Virus record (IMG/VR): IMGVR_UViG_3300020046_001459
Span: 3,750-67,749 of that record
Reading direction: 5' to 3' (one strand)
Source of the DNA: a virus
Length of the DNA stretch: 64,000 nucleotides
Shown: positions 61,151-64,000 of the stretch, in pieces
Layout of the letters: the number at the start of each line of letters is the position of its first letter
Numbering within the stretch: the stretch's first letter is position 1
The notes under the pieces: model-generated
Databases searched by the model: none
What the model was told of the DNA's origin: nothing
What the model saw: only the letters and a program-made list of their open reading frames with translations
Made by a program: the position numbers and the translations under genes

Positions 61151-61585
61151 TTAACCTAAGATATCCTTAAGTTGTTCTAAAGCCATACGCTTTTGATCTT
61201 CTTCACTTAAGAATTTAGATACTAAATCTTTAGCTTTATTCAACTTATCAAGTTGTTCTTGATGGCTTAAGATATTAATACGTAACTTAATATCTTCCTT
61301 ACAGTCTGCTAGAGTAAAACCATTAACTGAGAATTCAGGATAAGGACTAACACCCAGATCTTTAGCTGCTTCGTCATATGCCTTTTCTTTAGCACAGATA
61401 GTAGAATAAAGTTTAATTAAATTGTCGATCCTCATTTCAGTTTTAATATCACCAAAACCATTTCCTAAAGAACCTGATGTCTTATAAACACTGTCTGTAA
61501 TCTTCTTTAAAGAAGCTAATTTTTCATTGATTTTCTCTAAAACATCTGGAATGTTTACTGCTGGTAAATTTTCTTTGTCTTTCAT
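61151..61585 (-). CDS. hypothetical protein (144 aa)
   Basis: ORF. Confidence 0.5.
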   Translation of the reverse strand: MKDKENLPAVNIPDVLEKINEKLASLKKITDSVYKTSGSLGNGFGDIKTEMRIDNLIKLYSTICAKEKAYDEAAKDLGVSPYPEFSVNGFTLADCKEDIKLRINILSHQEQLDKLNKAKDLVSKFLSEEDQKRMALEQLKDILG

Positions 61586-61618
61586 GTGATTTACTTGTTT
61601 TTATTTGTTATTTATTTG

Positions 61619-61915
61619 TTAAAATATTTCGTAGTCATTGACTACTATAGGTGTTTCTACTAAACATCCTGCTGCTATTTCTTCTGGAGTAGCTTTCCTG
61701 AAATGTCCTTCATTATAATTCCAAGAGTAACCAGCGCTGCCTTCAAATTGAGCATAATTTCCGCTTCTTGTATCATGAGTTAATTGTACTACTTTATTGG
61801 TGAGTTTATCCATTTTATCCACCCCGATGGTACCACAATCCCAATTTCTACATTTACCTTTTTTAAACTTTTCAGAACTACCTATTATTGTTATATATTC
61901 TCCTTTTTTAAACAT
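61619..61915 (-). CDS. small early protein, paralog 4 with C-terminal ..IVVNDYEIF tail
   Basis: Member of tandem family sharing C-terminal motif. Confidence 0.55.
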   Translation of the reverse strand: MFKKGEYITIIGSSEKFKKGKCRNWDCGTIGVDKMDKLTNKVVQLTHDTRSGNYAQFEGSAGYSWNYNEGHFRKATPEEIAAGCLVETPIVVNDYEIF

Positions 61916-61916
61916 A

Positions 61917-62141
61917 TTAAAATATTGAATAATCGTTATTTATTTGTGGTTCTACATTATGTACTTTTTTTACTAAAAAAATATCTTCATATCCCCAACT
62001 ATGTCCTTTAGTGATAGCCTGATTCCAATATAAATCTCCACCTCTAATAAAACAACTTTCTATGGTTCTTTCTGAGGTTCCGCTCCAAGATCCTTTAATA
62101 ATATCACCTGGCCCTAAACTTTGTGCTTCTTCTAATGTCAT
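61917..62141 (-). CDS. small early protein, paralog 3 with C-terminal ..QINNDYSIF tail
   Basis: Member of tandem family. Confidence 0.55.
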   Translation of the reverse strand: MTLEEAQSLGPGDIIKGSWSGTSERTIESCFIRGGDLYWNQAITKGHSWGYEDIFLVKKVHNVEPQINNDYSIF

Positions 62142-62144
62142 GTT

Positions 62145-62426
62145 TTAAAATATTTCATAGTTGTTATTAATTACAGATTCTGGTTGCTTATTTAATACAT
62201 ACTTCTCAAATTGTTCAAATGTTATTTCTTGATAACCATCTAAAATAGCTTTGTTACTACAATTTCCACCACAAAAAGATTTATCTGAAAACATTGTAGC
62301 AGCATCATCGAAAGAAGCGTTATTAGCGTTATTAGCGTTATATTTTTTGTTATTGTATTCATTTAACACTTTATGATTTTTCTTATTTCTAATTATAAAC
62401 CATTTTTTAGGTAACTTATCTTCCAT
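62145..62426 (-). CDS. small early protein, paralog 2 with C-terminal ..VINNNYEIF tail
   Basis: Member of tandem family. Confidence 0.55.
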   Translation of the reverse strand: MEDKLPKKWFIIRNKKNHKVLNEYNNKKYNANNANNASFDDAATMFSDKSFCGGNCSNKAILDGYQEITFEQFEKYVLNKQPESVINNNYEIF

Positions 62427-62428
62427 AT

Positions 62429-62644
62429 CTAAAATATATTATAATCATTAATAATTTCTGATTTGGGTGTTACTAACACACAATTCCTGTAATCATGTCC
62501 ACGATCTTTCTCATCGAATAGAGTCCAACCTACCCTACTTACAATAAATGGGTCATCATAGGTTTTACCAGCATTTGATCCGCCTTGAAATCTTACTACT
62601 TTATCACCTGCTTTAAATGGATTTTTATTCTGTGTTGTCTTCAT
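62429..62644 (-). CDS. small early protein, paralog 1 with C-terminal ..EIINDYNIF tail
   Basis: Member of tandem family. Confidence 0.55.
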   Translation of the reverse strand: MKTTQNKNPFKAGDKVVRFQGGSNAGKTYDDPFIVSRVGWTLFDEKDRGHDYRNCVLVTPKSEIINDYNIF

Positions 62645-62679
62645 GTTTTAATTTTATTTAAATGATTAATTGATTAAAA

Positions 62680-62741
62680 AATAGATGTCTCATAAGTGAA
62701 TGAAAACCCACACGACAAGGGCTAGAGAGCACTTATGAGAC
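62680..62741 (-). terminator. 12-bp perfect stem-loop (GTCTCATAAGTG / CACTTATGAGAC, 31-nt loop) followed on - strand by U6; separates RNA island from early genes
   Basis: Arms at 62687-62698 and 62730-62741. Confidence 0.45.
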
Positions 62742-62785
62742 TAAAGACCCTATTAAGCCTTTTTTCACTCTCTATTTTAATTTGA

Positions 62786-63060
62786 TTGACTAGCTTATCT
62801 GCGCTTATACAACGTGCACCGTTAAAAGCAATTCGTTATATCCAGTTAAGGAGCTCAATGGCCCTACACCACGCCTTTGTATCAATTGCAGACTATCAGG
62901 AAGTGTGTTGTGACTTTCGACTCGACTCTATTACAGACTTCTTACTTCGTACACGGGTTGCTTGCGCCATCCGACATTTGAAGACTACGAGGCTATCCTC
63001 AGTTCTATTCAAGCCCACACACCGATAGCTTTACACTAGTCAATTGGTTGGTAGTTAGTA
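62786..63060 (-). ncRNA. GC-enriched non-coding island directly downstream of tRNA-Met; candidate structured RNA of unknown class
   Basis: No - strand ORF; markedly higher GC than genome; only a spurious + strand ORF. Confidence 0.3.
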
Positions 63061-63106
63061 TAGTTACTTCCTAGGAATAAATGTTTTCACTACACCTCCC
63101 ACCCAG

Positions 63107-63180
63107 TGCACCCTCGTGGACTCGAACCACGCACCTACAGATTATGAGTCTGTTGCTCTGACCAACTGAGCTAAGGGAGC
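63107..63180 (-). tRNA. tRNA-Met (anticodon CAU; initiator/elongator/Ile2 not distinguishable)
   Basis: Cloverleaf: acceptor GCUCCCU/AGGGUGC (one 3:70 mismatch), D-arm GCUC-AGUUGGUCA-GAGC, anticodon stem ACAGA/UCUGU loop CUCAUAA, T-arm CGUGG-UUCGAGU-CCACG, discriminator A. Confidence 0.85.
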
Positions 63181-63184
63181 TTTG

Positions 63185-63570
63185 TGGACCCGAAGGGAAT
63201 CGAACCCTTGTAATCATAAGTTATTAATTAATTTTCTACAAGTTTAGTATTTGTTTTTCTCCCAATACAGGATATTATATTTTTATTCAGACCAGCACTT
63301 AAATATAAAAACACACTAGTCTTGTTAGGTACAAGAACAACTAAACCTTGAGGTAGTTATCTACCGTTAAGCAGCCACAAGTTCCTCAACTTGTGTCTTT
63401 GCTAACATGTTGTTAGCTAGAACGTACTTAAGGTCTTGGATAGATCCAAGGCTTGAGTCTTTGTTGCCAAATACTCGGTTACCTGATAATTTATTAAACG
63501 CTGATATTATCAGACAATGCGTTACTTGCTTGTTAATTTATAATCAAATGACTCAAAACCTGGCGGGCCC
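63185..63570 (-). ncRNA. candidate tmRNA-like RNA (~386 nt) whose 5' and 3' ends form a tRNA-Ala-like domain
   Basis: 5' GGGCCCG pairs 3' CGGGUCC giving G3:U70 wobble and A73; T-arm AAGGG-UUCGAUU-CCCUU; long-range helix 5' UUAUAAAUUAA / 3' UUAAUUAAUAA; internal frame GCA AAG ACA CAA GUU GAG GAA CUU GUG GCU GCU UAA (AKTQVEELVAA*). Confidence 0.4.
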
Positions 63571-63756
63571 AATTTGTTATTTATAATCTCAAAGTTAGAC
63601 TTTCAATTTTCACGGTTTAAAAATAGAGACACGGCTGAACCCCATTTACGGCTGACATACCAATGCCCACTAGCCTTATAAGAATCGAACTTATCCACCG
63701 CATCTCTATTAACAGGAATCGAACCTGCAATCCTCTTTAACTCAATATAAGCAACA

Positions 63757-63969
63757 TTAAAACGGACATACAATGCGTTCTACTGGTTTTAAATCATCCA
63801 CAAAACAAGCCGTTCCGTTAATATAAATTGCCTTTTTGTTTCCTCTTAAAAACGGTTTAATTTCAATACCTCTTTTGGTGTTAATATATTTACCGCATTC
63901 GGTTAGACAAATATCCTCTGATATGAAGTGCTTAACATTGTAAGTATATGTAATTGAAATTGTTTCCAT
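63757..63969 (-). CDS. hypothetical protein (70 aa)
   Basis: ORF near window end. Confidence 0.35.
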   Translation of the reverse strand: METISITYTYNVKHFISEDICLTECGKYINTKRGIEIKPFLRGNKKAIYINGTACFVDDLKPVERIVCPF

Positions 63970-64000
63970 GTTATAAAATTACGCCAATCGAGTAGTTAGT

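Noticed and set aside
7393-61860. Numerous 60-140-aa ORFs antisense to or nested in long genes. Examples: 965..1147-, 7393..7641-, 8972..9184-, 13678..13986-, 13981..14181+, 14727..15064-, 16534..16761+, 19751..19948-, 21212..21860-, 22017..22208-, 22568..22768-, 26717..26911-, 27602..28156-, 30600..30857-, 33138..33356-, 37936..38178+, 40743..40925+, 50274..50775+, 52451..52675+, 54948..55139+, 60284..60532+, 60625..60876-, 61784..62011+
   Set aside because: These are shadow ORFs on the strand opposite to well-supported long genes. They have low-complexity hydrophobic translations typical of AT-rich antisense frames.
62786-63028. 80-aa + strand ORF in the ORF track
   Set aside because: It lies wholly in a GC-rich non-coding island where stop codons are rare by composition. 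It is on the strand opposite to all neighbouring genes and has no start context. It is treated as spurious.
63183-63570. tRNA 3' half (T-arm plus acceptor) at 63186-63215 interpreted as the 3' exon of a group I intron-containing tRNA
   Set aside because: The sequence following the matching 5' acceptor strand at 63564-63570 has no D-arm or anticodon stem. G3:U70, A73 and a long-range helix fit a tmRNA-like architecture better. This is kept as an alternative in the refutation criteria.
1-64000. Prophage/integrative element features (integrase, att repeats), CRISPR arrays, IS elements
   Set aside because: No integrase/transposase-like ORF, no spacer-repeat array and no flanking direct repeats were seen. 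The window looks like an internal part of a lytic phage genome.

Overview
AT-rich (~30% GC) double-stranded DNA phage genome segment. No integrase, att sites, CRISPR array or recoded stop codons were seen. The architecture is crAss-like and the host is probably a member of the Bacteroidota, supported by TAnnTTTG promoter-like motifs and a candidate virion RNA polymerase. The + strand (1-34587) is a virion/tail block of long, Thr/Gly-rich structural proteins. It ends with a 1608-aa fibre-like protein, a 902-aa and a 693-aa protein, a 3745-aa giant protein carrying a DxDxD (GADFDID) motif like the multisubunit RNA polymerase catalytic loop, and a 1320-aa protein with an HExxH zincin motif. A bidirectional hairpin terminator at ~34611-34645 separates it from a convergent - strand block (63969 down to 34624). 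That block encodes a family B DNA polymerase, a TOPRIM primase-like protein, P-loop helicase/ATPases, an SF2 DExH helicase, a FEN 5'-3' exonuclease, uracil-DNA glycosylase and a PD-(D/E)xK nuclease. It also carries an NAD salvage pair (NadV nicotinamide phosphoribosyltransferase plus PRPP synthetase) with two metallophosphoesterases, an SPFH/band-7 protein, a GH73 glucosaminidase with an N-terminal membrane anchor plus a multi-transmembrane (TM) partner, and a sigma region-4-like regulator. The most unusual content is a translationally coupled four-gene operon containing an E1-like ThiF protein and a JAMM/JAB metalloprotease, with a possible beta-grasp protein nearby. Also unusual are four tandem small proteins that share a C-terminal ..VINDYEIF tail, and an RNA island near the window end. 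That island holds tRNA-Met(CAU), a ~386-nt candidate tmRNA-like RNA (G3:U70, A73, canonical T-arm, GCA-initiated tag-like frame ending VAA) and two GC-rich non-coding islands. Several GC-clamped hairpin terminators punctuate the - strand.
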